Part shown: one piece after another, positions 20,455-33,400 of the stretch
Layout of the letters: the number at the start of each line of letters is the position of its first letter
How positions within the stretch are numbered: the first letter of the stretch is position 1
Notes under the pieces: generated by a model
What the model saw: the letters and a program-made list of their open reading frames with translations, nothing else
Databases searched by the model: none
What the model was told of the DNA's origin: nothing
Origin: Macrostomum hystrix
Taxonomy: Eukaryota > Animalia > Platyhelminthes
DNA: 64,000 nucleotides
Reading direction: 5' to 3'
NCBI GenBank assembly: GCA_950097015.1
Contig: CATNEN010000032.1
Coordinates: 1,364,001-1,428,000, forward strand
Program-made: the position numbers and the translations under genes

Positions 20455-22782
20455 TCATCGAGACGCAACGTCAGAGCTTCTAGTGCCGCGTGGCCTGTCA
20501 GATGAGGACTTCGATGAGGAGGAGGCCGAGGCAGCGGAACCGGACCGCAGATCGCACGTCCGCAGGCAGGAGGCGAGACGGCGGCAGTGACGCAGGCGCA
20601 CGAAGGCGGCTAGCAGGAGGCAGCCGTGCAGGTCGGTGAGCATGCGGGCGGCGATGTAGGCGGCGGAGGCCGGGTCGGCAGCTCCGGCCAGGATGAGGCA
20701 GCAGTAGGGGAGCCAGGCGGCGCCAAGCACTGCGGACACTCGGGCTGCGGTGAGGGCGGTGCGTCGCAATGTCCGGCGGGCGCGGCCAACCAGTCGGCTC
20801 CGCAACCGGCCGAGGCCGCCGCCGCCGCCGCGACCGGCAGTGGACGCCGGAGCTCGGCGAAGCGCTCGGGCCAGGCAGACGGCGACGCCGAGCAGGCAGG
20901 CAGCGTTGAAGGCGAGCGCCAGAGCCCAGGGTGCGAACACCAAGCCGATGCGGAGAGCAGCCGCCGCCGAAGTTGAAGCTTCGCCTGTTGAATTGCCAGA
21001 CGGTGCCGGCAGGCCGCAGGAATTGGCGCTGAACAGAGTCGGGCTGGCAGCAAAGTGGAGGCCGGCCGCGGCCGCCGCGGGCAGAGCCGGAAGGCCCCAG
21101 CCCATGATAGCGAAGCGGCCGTAGCGGCGCTGAGGAGCTGTAGGTCTGGCTAGCAGGTTGGCCAAGGTTCGCAGCAGGTCCAGGCCAAACAGGGCCGCCC
21201 AGGCGAATCCAGCGTGCAGGCAGTACAGGGCCAGCAGGCAGGTCCACGGCGAGCCGCTGAGCCGGCCGGTGGCGCCGCCGGCTGCCTCAGCCAGCGACAG
21301 CAGGCTGACGACTGCGAGGCAGGTCGCGTGCGAGATCAATAGGAGGCCGGAGCGGTTGCGGAGGCGACGCCGGGTTAGGTACAGGCCAGCCAGGAGCAAA
21401 GCCTGTGCGGTCCATATTAGTGTGACAAATTTTTAACAGTAAAAGACACAGAGTCTTGGGCTTACCCCAGGGGAGAAATAGCGTGGGTCTTTCTACTGTC
21501 CATGGATGTCGATCAAATAACAGATGGTAAATAGGGTTCGACCATAGACTATATAATTTACTAAAGGTGCAGAGTTTGCCTGCGTGTTTAGGGATCAGAG
21601 GAATGGGCAGAACTGGCTCGGGTCGACTGTAGACAAACTGAAAAGATCCTTGAAATCTTGAAACAAACACCGGAGAAAAAAACTCACCGACACAGCCGAA
21701 GCTGCCTGAACACCGATCGTTGTCAAGTCGACCCAGTCCGGCGTGTCTCCAGACGGAGCCTCAGCCGCGGCCTCGGTGATGTTGCCGCCGCCGCTACCGT
21801 TGGCGCTGCTAGACAGCGGAGGTGACGGAGACGCCAGCGGCTTGTCGGGTGAGGTCGGCAGGCGCTGCGGGTCCAGGTTGAAGTTAAACACCGAGTCCAG
21901 GAGGCTGGGCCCGGACCGGAAGGTCTTCAACGCTTCGCTGCCCTCCTCGTCTCGTTCGGTATGCTCAAACTCGGGTCTCCCACAGTCCGAGTCCATCCAG
22001 CTGTCCACATTCAGCCGACTATCGTCAGTCGCTCCGTCGGCGCAGGCGGAGTTCCTGAAGATACGGCAGCGGCTCTCCGAGAATACGTAGCTGGTTGGGC
22101 CGGCATGGCAGGCGGTGTGTGGATGAAGCAGACCGCGATAGCAGCGATGCACGAGCGGCTCCGGGATGCGGAAGGCCAGCTGGCAGTGGGCTGGGAGCTT
22201 GGCTCCGCTCAGCAGCAGCCTCATCAGCTGGCTGTTGAAGGACGCATCGACGACTTCGCCGGCGCGGGGCCTGCAACGCACCGTCACATTGGTGAGGAAG
22301 CGACTGCCGACGGTGTGGCGATGCTGGAGGTTGCAGCGAAGGCAGTGCTGGCTACGGTAGAGGACATTGTCCGGCCCCAGCACTGGCAGCGAGGACAGGT
22401 TGAGCTGGCGGATGCTGAAACCGAATGCCGGGAAGTTGGCCCAGCCTCTCGCACTCGACGATGTCGACCGGTTCGATTCCGACCGCGTCGGTGGGGCAGG
22501 CGGCCACGGCCAGAGCGGCTGGCCGGTGCAGGCGGCAGCAGGAGGTGAGCCGCCGCGAGGCGCCCGCCTCCTCGATCGGCACGCAGGTGAGGCGAGAGCG
22601 GGCAGCAGCAGCAGCAGCCTCGTCGTTGCAACAGTCGCCATAGGCCCGGCACTGTCTCGCCTCCGTGTAGCAGGGGACGGGCAGCTCAAGGCTGTTGCTG
22701 ATGTCGCGAAGGTCCTCGCCACGAAGCCATTCAATTGAATCAGCAGCTGCTGTCGTTGAAGTCTCTGTTGATGAGAGTAGAG

Positions 22783-22813
<31 letters not shown>

Positions 22814-22852
22814 CAGCAACATTGGGAATTGAATGCATTGTTGAGAAGGCAT
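20455..22852 (-). CDS. Family-B-like (Methuselah/adhesion-like) GPCR with Cys-rich somatomedin-B-like ectodomain; exons 22852-21688 and 21402-20455; +1 frame break near 22350-22460
   Basis: Leu-rich signal peptide; CxxYGDCCxD motif; PVLGPDNVLYRSQHCLRCN motif. Phase-0 splice (TCG|gtgagt...cacag|GCT) rebuilds TM1 followed by RRRLRNRSGLLL. Seven hydrophobic segments, including family-B-like GWGLPAL in TM4. The ectodomain is split between ORFs 22352-22858 and 21595-22734. Confidence 0.75.
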
Positions 22853-23387
22853 GCTCAAAAACTAGGCTGAAACAATGAAAATCGCATTCGCTCCCTATGC
22901 GCTGCTTCCATATCTTGGCAAGTCCATTTTTGCCATGCTAAGTTAATAAATATTTCGGGGGCGCAGTCAGCACACGCTGGCAGCCATTCAACCCCCGAGA
23001 TAAGCGCCTCTGAGAATGGAAAAGTGAACATTTAAGCAAAATTTGCACGCTGGCTGATAAACTCAGCTAGTTTTATGACGTCTTGACTGGCATGTACAGC
23101 CGTTACACAGCTGAGCTGCTTTACTGTGCAGTTATTTTGCCCGCACGTTGTGTTGAAGCTTCACTCCACACATGCGACACATCATTGCATAATCTAATGA
23201 GCTTCTGACCCCCAATTAAGATTGTGAATTTATAAGCGTAACAATCAACATAAACTTTAACAATATTACCACAAGGAAATGTCAAATCAGCCTCAGTTAC
23301 TATGGGGATCGCCAACCAACTGCCATGACGTGGCAGAAGTCAATCCATCTAAAGTGACAATCAGAATGGAAAGTCGAATTCCCTCGA

Positions 23388-24008
23388 TGACCTTAACGGA
23401 GACCAACCTACCTCCATGACCTTGATGGAAACCCTAACCTCCCTCCATGACCTTGGTGGAAGCCCAACCTCCCTCCATGACCTTGGTGGAAACTCTAACC
23501 CCTCTATGACCTTGATGGAAGCCCAACCTCCCGCCGTGACCTTGGTGGAAACCCAACCTCCCTCCGTGACCTTGGTGGAAACCCTAACCTCCCTCCATGA
23601 CCTTGGTGGAAACCCTAACCCCCTCTATGACCTTGATGGAAGCCCAACCTCCCTCCGTGACCTTGGTGGAAACCCTAACCCCTTCTATGACCTTGATGGA
23701 AGCCCAACCTCCCTCCGTGACCTTGGTGGAAACCTTAACCTCCCTCCGTGACCTTGGTGGAAACCCTAACGCCCTCTATGACCTTGATGGAAGCCCAACC
23801 TCCCTCCGTGACCTTGGTGGAAACCTTAACCTCCCTCAGTGACCTTGGTGGAAACCCTAACCTCCCTCCGTGACATTGGTGGAAACCTTAACCTCCCTCC
23901 GTGACCTTGGTGGAAACCCTAACCTCCCTACGTGACCTTGGTGGAAACCCTAACCTCCCTCCGTGACCTTAATGGTAGCCCAACCTCTCTCTTTGAGCTT
24001 GGTGGAAG
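23388..24008. repeat. Same 30-bp GACCTTGGTGGAA family, same orientation
   Basis: Units such as GACCTTGGTGGAAACCCTAACCTCCCTCCGT. Confidence 0.95.
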
Positions 24009-25399
24009 GCCTTAAAGCTCTCTCGCAGTCAACAATGGAACCAAATGTGCACGGCTCACACAGGTGATTTTGAGTAGCGAACTATTATAGGCAAACCGTT
24101 GTAGCAAAGTATTACCAAACAGAAAGGAAAATAATTAAAACATAATAAAAGTCAATTCAGCAAAGGAAGTCTAATTATCTAACTCATATTTATGGAGCTT
24201 TTCATACTGTGTGTTTTGCTGCTTGCTTGCTTTGTTTTGTGCAAAAGAAGTTTTGCAGCTTAAATTAGCAAACGCAGGCATATATAAATATATATAAATA
24301 TATGTGGCTAATAGTTTGTTTAAAATTGTAATAATTTAATATTAATTTGCTTTTGTAGCCGGAGGAGTTTAATAATAAATGTTTCATGACAGACAGAGCA
24401 CAGAAAAACACCGCCTGTTAGCGACTGCTCAGCATTTGAGACTGAGGAAAAGCAACACAGAAGCGGATTACTCGCAGTGAGACCGAGGCGGGAGAAAACG
24501 CATGTAATCTAATTGTGCCACAATTAGAATAGGAGTTATTAATATTTTTACGATCTGCTAATAAAATAGACAGCCATCCCGGTTTCGAATCTGATAGAGA
24601 TGTGTTACATACACAGCTAGTTAAATCCAGTTGCATATGAGCACATCATTGTGGGGGCAGGGGCGGGAACAGACAAAAGCGAATTAATTATTCATTTATG
24701 CTGCTTACGCTAGTGCAAACAAAGCTGTGTGTAAATTTGTAATAGTAAGAATAATAACTATAGTCATTACTAACAGGTTAAGCGCTAAAACAAGCACGAC
24801 AACAATGTCCTTCACAATTAGCTAAGCTTGCTCATTAGTACACAGTCTATAGGAACTATTTATAGTAATAATAAAAATATTAAGAATAGTAGTAGCAATA
24901 GAAGCAATGTTATTGAATCAGGCGACAAAAAGAGCATAATTCAGAGCTGAAAAATTCCATGAAACGGCTACAATTTTAAATATTGATTGGTTCTAGGAAA
25001 CAAAAGCACTATAAAATCAGCATTCGATGGCAAACAAGCAAGCAGACAATACCTCTTTTGCTTTTCTTTTTTTCGCAGATCGAAAACAACTTCGTACAAA
25101 AAAAGAAACGAAAACAATGGCGGGCAAACGATTGCGACGAGCGAGAACAGTTCTAGAAAACAAAAACCGATTTTCTGGTTCCGTTCCGGCGAAAATAAGC
25201 GAAGGAGACGCTCTCGTACTACTCTCATATACTACTGCTCATTTTTTCTACCTTCTTTCATTGTTAGTTTAAACACAGAAATTATTAACTGAAAGCAGAA
25301 ATTTGTTTTTTAATGAAACAATTCGGGAGACACAAAAGCAGTAAATTATTCTACAACTCGACGGGTAAAAACGCGTTGGATTACCACAAATTCCACGAA

Positions 25400-26125
25400 A
25401 CTTAAGGATTATCGCTCATTCCAAGAAACTATAGGATTAATGCTAATTCCAAGAAACTATAGGATTAACACTAACTCCAAGAAACTATAGGAATAACGCT
25501 AATTCCAAGAAACTATAGGATTAACACAAATTCCAAGAAACTATAGGATTAACGCTAATTCCAAGAAACTATAGGATTAACACAAATTCCAAGAAACTAT
25601 AGGATTAACACAAATTCCAAGAAACTATAGGATTAACGCTAATTCCAAGAAACTATAGGATTAACACAAATTCCAAGAAACTATGGGATTAACGCTAATT
25701 CCAAGAAACTATAGGATTAACACAAATTCCAAGAAACTATAGGATTAACACAAATTCCAAGAAACTATAGGATTAACGCTAATTCCAAGAAACTTAAGGA
25801 TTAACGCTAATTCCAAGAAACTATAGGATTAACACAAATTCCAAGAAACTATGGGATTAACGCTAATTCCAAGAAACTTAAGGATTAACGCTAATTCGAA
25901 GAAACAATAGGATTAACGCTCATCCTAAGAAACTATAGGATGAACGTTAATCACGAATCTAGGATTAACGCTAATTCCAAGAAACTATGGGATTAACGCT
26001 AATTCCAAGAAACTTAAGGATTAACGCTAATTCGAAGAAACAATAGGATTAACGCTCATCCTAAGAAACTATAGGATGAACGTTAATCACGAATCTAGGA
26101 TTAACGCTAATTCCAAGAAACTAGG
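25400..26125. repeat. 28-bp minisatellite TTCCAAGAAACTATAGGATTAAC(GCT/ACA)AA, about 26 copies
   Basis: Direct reading; downstream of the spectrin stop codon. Confidence 0.95.
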
Positions 26126-26777
26126 ATTCATTGAATTCCAATAAACAAAGAAAATCTTGCATTAGTCAAATGAAACTACTTTTGTTGCTTTATTGATTCT
26201 TGACACCACATTGTACAAGCCTAGCTTCCATCTCTATTTTGTTAACTTAAATAATCCTCCTGTAGAAACTTTAGATTAGAAAAAATGTTTTTGGATAAGC
26301 TCGCAAAAGAAAAAAGCACAACATTTCATTTCACACGGGAAAAGAACAGAAAAGCGGCTTTCGTAGTAATAATAATAACAATAATATATTATATTACTAT
26401 TGCAATGAAGAGAATGGCGAGTCAGGATATGGCAGACGAAAAAAATGAGGATAAATTAGGGAAGCGACTATCAAGGGAAGTTAGGCGAATAGAGAGGGAG
26501 AGCGCGCTTGCAAGTAAAACTAGCGAAAATCGGTACAAAATAAAGTGCAGTATTATATAGATAATAAAGTTGCATAGCATATTAATAATAAGTTTCTCAG
26601 CCGCAGTCCAAAGCGAGTGGTAGAACTGTGTGACAGGGAGTGGGTGAAGCGGGTGGCCGCATGATGAAATTAGTCTAAAAGTGCAAACACAAATGATTCA
26701 ATAGAAGGCCAGTAAAAGAATAGTATTTATTTATCCTGTTCAGCCAATCGGGTTAGTTGTCCAGTCGCAGTTTCCAT

Positions 26778-27369
26778 TCACTTCTTCCTGCCCAGGGTGA
26801 AGAACCGCTTCTTGCCGGCCGACTCGGCACCGCTGGCGCCTCCAGCCGAGGCTCCCGAAGGCCCGGCCTGGCCAGAAGGCAGGGTGGCGGCCCGGGCGGC
26901 GGTGGTTGGGGTGGCTCCGGCGGCTGCGTTGATCCTGGTGACCCAGTCGGTCATCTCGGCCTCGCTGCGGGCCTGGAACAGGTATTCGGCGCCGTTGGCC
27001 ATCTTCAGGCGGAACACGTACGGCCGTTTGTTATAGTCTGGCGCCGGGGCGCTGATGGCGCCATTCAGATCCAGCGGCGCCTCGTGATGGAAGGTGTCCT
27101 GCGGCCGCTCCTTTGAATGGCGCTGATCCTTGTAGAACTTCAACTGGCCGGCCTCCAGCACAACGTGACTGCGCGATTGGGGGGCGGCGCGATTAGGATT
27201 CAGTTTTTGTTTGTTTCCCACAAAAAGCGGCACTTTAATCTCAATCTTGAGTCCGATATTTTCCCAACTCACAGGTGCTGCCAGCTGCGGTGCTGAGCCT
27301 TCCTGCCAGACTGATCCCATTCGTGCTTTCGCGACAGAGGGCCGTCCATCTTGGCTGACGTGATTGGTG

Positions 27370-27401
<32 letters not shown>

Positions 27402-30400
27402 GAGGTTAACGGCTTGGCTGCCGCTGACGCCTGAGACGGCTGCGAGGAAGTCGGAGCGGCCTGGGCTGCGGTCAGCTGTGTGGGGCTGGCGGGCTTCTTT
27501 GGCGGCTTGGGGCTGGGCGGTGGCTGCGGCACCTGGGAGGCGACAGCCTCGGCCCGCCGGCGCGACTTCTCCTCAGCCTTGGCAGCCCTGGCGTCCTCTG
27601 ATTGGTCCTGCTCGCGCAGCTCGAATGTTGTCTGACGCTGCAGGGCCTGGAATCGCTCCTCCTGCGACTGGGCAGCCTTCTCGAATGCCTCGTGCTGCCT
27701 GATCAGTGCCATGGTCTCTTCCAGGCTGTCGCCAACGTGGCGGCTATTCAGGTGCGGCTCCTGGGCCAGCAGCCAGCCTTCGGCAACTGCGGCGTCGCGA
27801 GCGAATTGGTAGACCTGGGCGGGGACGGATAGGATGCCAGTATATATAGTGAGAAACGAACTTCCATACAGATCAATCAGGGAATCGAAAGGCTCAGACT
27901 AATGGGGACCAATCAGGAAATCGATAGGCTCAGACTAATGGGGACCAATCAGGAAATCGATAGGCTCAGACTAATGGGGACCAATCAGGAAATCGATAGG
28001 CTTAGACTATTGGGGACCAATCAGGAAATCGATAGGCTCAGACTAATGGGGACCAATCAGGAAATCGATAGGCTTAGACTAATGGGGACCAATCAGGAAA
28101 TCGATAGGCTTAGACTAATGGGGACCAATCAGAGAATCGATAGGCTCAGACTAATGGGGACCAATCAGGAAATCGATAGGCTCAGACTAATGGGGACCAA
28201 TCAGAGAATCGATAGGCTCAGACTAATGAGCACCAATCAGGGAATCGATAGGCTCAGACTAATGGCGACCAATCGGGGAATCGATAGGCTCAGACTAATG
28301 AGAACCAATCAGGGAATCGATAGGCTCAGACTAATGGGGACCAATCAGAGAATCGATAGGCTCAGACTACTGGGGATTAGAAATGATTGATGCACTGTAC
28401 TTCAATCAGAGGAACTTATAAGCTAATGATAATAGGCTCACCTCGAGCATAAGCTGCAGCTGATCCCATTTCTCATCCCAGGCGTCGTTCATATCGAACC
28501 GCCGGCCAACCAGCTCCCTGAGCTTGTCCTGCACAATGGCCAGCTTGGGATGCCGGCGCTGGATTAAAGACTTGCCCAGATTGCCGGCGATGGTGAAATT
28601 CTCATCCCTGGCGTCCATCTCGGCCTTCAGGTTCTTGTGCGAGTTCATCAATAATTCAACACCGGAGACGTCGCGCGGCCTCTCCTGGCCGGCCATCTCA
28701 GCGCCGATGCCGTCCATCCACATGAGCAGGTCGCGGATCATGTTCAGGAAGCGATGGAATTCGCCATTGTCGGCTAGGTCGGCCTTGCGCTTCTGGCAGT
28801 GCAGAGTCAGCCTATTCCAGGCGTCGATGACTTCGTCGCGCTTGTCGCGAATCAGCTGCTCCTTGTCGCCGCTATAGGCCGGCAGGAGATCGTCGGCGTC
28901 GCGTTCAACGCCGTGCACGGCAGCCTCCAGAGTTTTGAGATCGTGCTCAAATGTGGCGTGCTTTCTAGTGTAAGCGTCCGCCGATTTGGCGTCCTTGCCA
29001 ACGTCATCGGGTATGGAGAGCTCCTTCTCTTCGATGCGATCCAGAACGTCGTGACAGTCGCTAAGGAAGCGATGGAAGGCGTGGGCGGCAGTGAGCAGCT
29101 GGGTGCGGGTGTCCATGAGCTCCAGCAGGTCGGCCCAGGCTTCGTTGACGCGATCCTTCCATTCCGCGATCTCAGCGGAGCTGCGATGGCCCTGATCGAT
29201 CAGGCTGTCAACAAACTGGTTGGCGGCAGCCACCTGGGGAAGGAGTCAGTCAGTTGGCGCTTGGGATTAGGGATCTAATGCACAGGTCGGCCCTACTTAT
29301 TTACTCGTATCTCGCGAGCTAAGTGATAAGACAGGGAGAGATAAGACATAGGAGAGATAAGACAGTGGAGAGATGAGACATGGAAGAGATGAGACATGAC
29401 AGAGATGAGACATGACAGAGATGAGACATAACAGAGATGAAACACGGGAGATATGACAGCTTGGAAAGAGGCAAAGATAAGACAGAGATACGACGCAGAG
29501 ATGACAGTAGTGGGATGAGATACTGAGAGGTGAGACAAGGCCTAGAAGACCTTTTTCTGAAGCATGATTTTTTGGACCCCGGAGCTGAAATTTTTCACTC
29601 ACCCTCTCAGTGCCGATAGCCTCCGTCTCCTTGGCGAACTCCCTGAATCTCTCGCGCAGCAGTACGCAATGATCGAAGTCCTTGCCAAGATCGTTGCTCT
29701 GAGCGACGATGGTGCGCTCCTGAATCCAGGCCTCCAGATCCAGGATCTCTCGCTGCAGCTGGTACAGTTTGAGCTGCTCCTGTAGCCAGGCGCGCTTCTC
29801 GGCGCACAGCTCCTTGAGGGTGGCGTAGAGGCGGTCCAGCCTGTTCTGGGCCTGAGCGATGCGCTCGGACTCCGGGTGCTCGGATTCGATGAGGGCGCGG
29901 GCCCGGCTGCCTAGGTCGCGGATCTCGTCGGCGTAGGACTCGACGGCGCGTTCCACCTGTGGTAAAAGTGCAAATTTAGGTCTTGCATTGGCATTGATAA
30001 GATTGGTAGCTTAGTAGATTCTATTGGTAGGTTGGTAGATAAGATTAGTAGGTTGGTAGATTCGATTGGAAAGTTAGTAAATTAGATTGGTAGCTGGTAG
30101 GTAAGGTAGATAAGATTGGTAAGCTGGTATAGAGAAAAGAAAAGAAGGTCAGCAGGCATATTAATGGGAATTTAACGCTCACCTGCTCGTGCTTCTTCAT
30201 GGCATTATTAGCCGCCTGCTCATCCCTGGCCCTGGTCTCCTCCGGCATCAGGTAGAGCTCCTGCTCGCCCATCCAGGTCTCGGCCTCGCGGGCGTCCTCC
30301 AGCCACTGCTGATCCGACTCGCTTTCCTCCAGGCGGTGCTCTCGCTCTTTCAACGCCTCCTCTAGCTGGCGCCACAGATCCAGCAGGTCGTCGATGCCAC

Positions 30401-33400
30401 GCTGGTACTGCTCCGCCTGAGGGACGCCCTGCGCGATGAGCTCCTTGGCCTGGGCCACGGTGTCCTCCATGCGAGGCTGGTGGTTGTCGACTTCAGCTGA
30501 CAGCACCTGGGAACAATTGGTTGGGGTGAGTTTAGCCGTGTAGTTTGAATGTAGTTGGGCCTACTGGATTTTCCTACTCTACTTTTCATAGATGTTTTCG
30601 TCAACTAATACTTCCGTGTTTTACTAAAGTAGTATTTTTGGTCTTTAGTCATAATTTGCATTTATTCCTACCGTTCAAAACTCTCTTATCACTTTTTTTT
30701 CTAAGCTCTCGCCTTCTTTATACACTCTTTCTACCCCTCTCCTACCACTGTTTCTACCCCTCTCCTACCACTGTTTCTACCCCTCTCCTACCACTCTTTC
30801 TACCCCTCTCCTACCACTCTTTCTACCCTTCTCCTACCACTCTTTCTACCCTCTCCTACCACTGTTTCTACCCCCCTCCTTCCACTCTTTCTACCCTTCT
30901 CCTACCACTGTTTCTACCCCTCTCCTTCCACTCTTTCTACCCCTCTCCTACCACTGTTTCTACCCCTCTCCTACCACTGTTTCTACCCCTCTCCTACCAC
31001 TCTTTCTACCCTTCTCCTACCACTGTTTCTACCCCTCTCCTACCACTCTTTCTACCCCTCTCCTACTACTCTTTCCACCCCTCTCCAAGCTACCCTTTCT
31101 ACTCTTCTGCTACCACTCTTTCTACCCCTCTTTCTACCCCCTACCCTTCTGCTTTTACTTTCTTCTTCTTCATATTCTACGATTTCCAACCTTCGATTCT
31201 GAGCCTCTAAAGAAGCAAGTAAATGAACTCACCTTGTGCCTACGCTGTAGCTGGTTAGCGGACAGCAGCGAACTGCCAACATCCGGCGACCTAGCCAAGG
31301 CCAGCTTCTCCTCCGCCCACATCTTCTCGTCTTCGATGTCGCGGAAGAGCTGCTGAATGCGTTTGCGCCGGACCAGTTCGTCCTTCTTCTTGCTCATCGG
31401 ATCGCGCAGTTTAACAAAAGTCTGCTGCAGAGACAGGTGGGTCTTCTCGAACACCTCCTCCTTATCCGGGTGCTGCTCCTTCAGCTTCTCCTTGTGCTCG
31501 GTCAGGTCCTCCAGCTGCCGTTGACGCTCCTGCATCTCGCGCTCCTGATCTTCAATGCCCTTCAGACAGATGTCAACGTCAGTTAGCGTGACAACTTCCT
31601 CTTCGTCCACGACCATCTGGCTGATGAGCTTCTCCATCCAGACGTTGACATCCTGGGCCGTGTTGTTGAAGATGGTCTCACGATTAGCTTCGAGCAGTTT
31701 CTCGCTCTTCTGCTTCACTAGCTCCTCGAGTTCGGCCCATTTGGCGGCCAGCTCCGAGACTTCAGTCTGGACAGGCTCGGTGAATTCGGGCTGGTCGGCA
31801 ATCAGCTGCTCGGCGGTTCGGCGCACGGACTCCAGGCGCTCCTTGTTGGCTTCGATTTCACGCTCGAAAGTCTTGTGCCGATTGTACCGGCTAGTAATGT
31901 TCTTAGAGTCCTTAAAGCTCTCGTCCTCGGCTACTAGGCGGCGATCTTCGATCCATTCGGCCAGGTCGTCCATCTCCTGGCGCAGCTGCTGCAGGCGGAG
32001 GAGGGCGCGCAGCTGGGCAAGGCGCTCCTCGGCGCGCTCCACATTCGAGTTGCGACGCCGCTTGATGGAGTCAACCTTCTGCTGGATCTTCTCCTTGGCG
32101 AAGTGCTCCTCTTCGGACAGGAGGCGCTGGCCATTGTCATCCAAAGTGGCCAGCTTATCGTCGTTAGCCTTCATTGAGGTGATGAAATTCTCGCACTGCT
32201 TAATTAGCATCTCGGCGTGCTCCACCTGAATGGGTTTCATTTAAACGACTGTGTTAGGAGTGAGGCACATTGGAAGATGAGATAACTGAGACTAAATATC
32301 GCTACTGTAAGTAGAGTAGGTCGGATTTTACTTAGTTTCGAACAGGAAAAGCTTTTTGTTTTTCTTTGCAGCGAGCACAGCTCACTAACTGTTATATAGA
32401 TACACAAAAAATCTCTACACTATCTGATCCCTATCTCATCTCCCACTATCCCATTGTTTCCCTGTCTCATCTCCCCTGTCCCATTGTTTCCCTGTCTCAT
32501 CTCCCCTGTCCCATTGTTTCCCTGTCTCATCTCCCCAGTCCCATTGCTTCCAGCTGTCTCATCTCCCCTGTCCCATTGTTTCCCTGTCTCATCTCTCCTA
32601 CCCGATTGTTTCCAGCTGACTCCCTAACGCCTAACGGCTGTGGTCGGCAATGTCTATGGCAAAGCCCCAACGGCACAAGACGGGGGGGGGGGTAAAACTG
32701 ACCGAGGTTGGCGTCTCCTGCTTGGACAGGAAGTTCTCCTGGGAGCTGAGCAGGACATCGCATTGGACAGCGTCGCGCATGAAGATCTGCAGGCTGAGGC
32801 TCTGGGACAGCTGGGTGTGCTTCACGTCCCACATGTGCTGCAGAGCATTCCAGTCCTCCTCCAGAGCATTGAGGCGCTGGCTGAGGAACATGTACTGAGC
32901 ATCAGTCTGGCCCTCTGTCACGCGCCTGCCATAGCTCATGAGGCTAGTGAATTCCTCTTCGTAGCCCTTGATCTCTTGCTTGAGATTCTGGTGCTGGGTT
33001 AGCAGCTTCTCAGCTTCGGCTAGGTCCTTGGCAATGTCCTCTGTGGCCACAGTGGTCTGGGTATTGCTCAACCAGATCTATCAGAATGATATTGGGGCAA
33101 CATACTACTGCTCAGTAGGCGAAACAGTTACAAAGAAAACAGGAATGTGATTGGTTTAGTATAAACACAGACTAGTTGAGCTATCCGGCGAGCGAGAGAC
33201 ACAAGAATATGCGGCATAAAATGTGTTATTTGCGTCACAGAGTGCGACTGCGCACTTTGCTCTCGGAGCTCATTCAGCAAAACTGTAAATAATTCAGTAC
33301 AGAGTCTAATGCATCGAAGTATTTTTTCGGATTTAGAGGAAAGCGCCCTGGTCATAAATAATGCACTTGCTAATCTGATTCGGTTGGCTCAGAGCAGACT

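Noticed and set aside
26285-26560. 91-aa plus-strand ORF and similar AT-rich ORFs at 24.9-25.3 kb
   Set aside because: Low-complexity sequence in the presumed spectrin 3' region, with no splice or homology support.
31555-32229. Plus-strand ORFs antisense to spectrin, GPCR and TMBIM exons
   Set aside because: Shadow ORFs of GC-rich coding sequence with no independent features.
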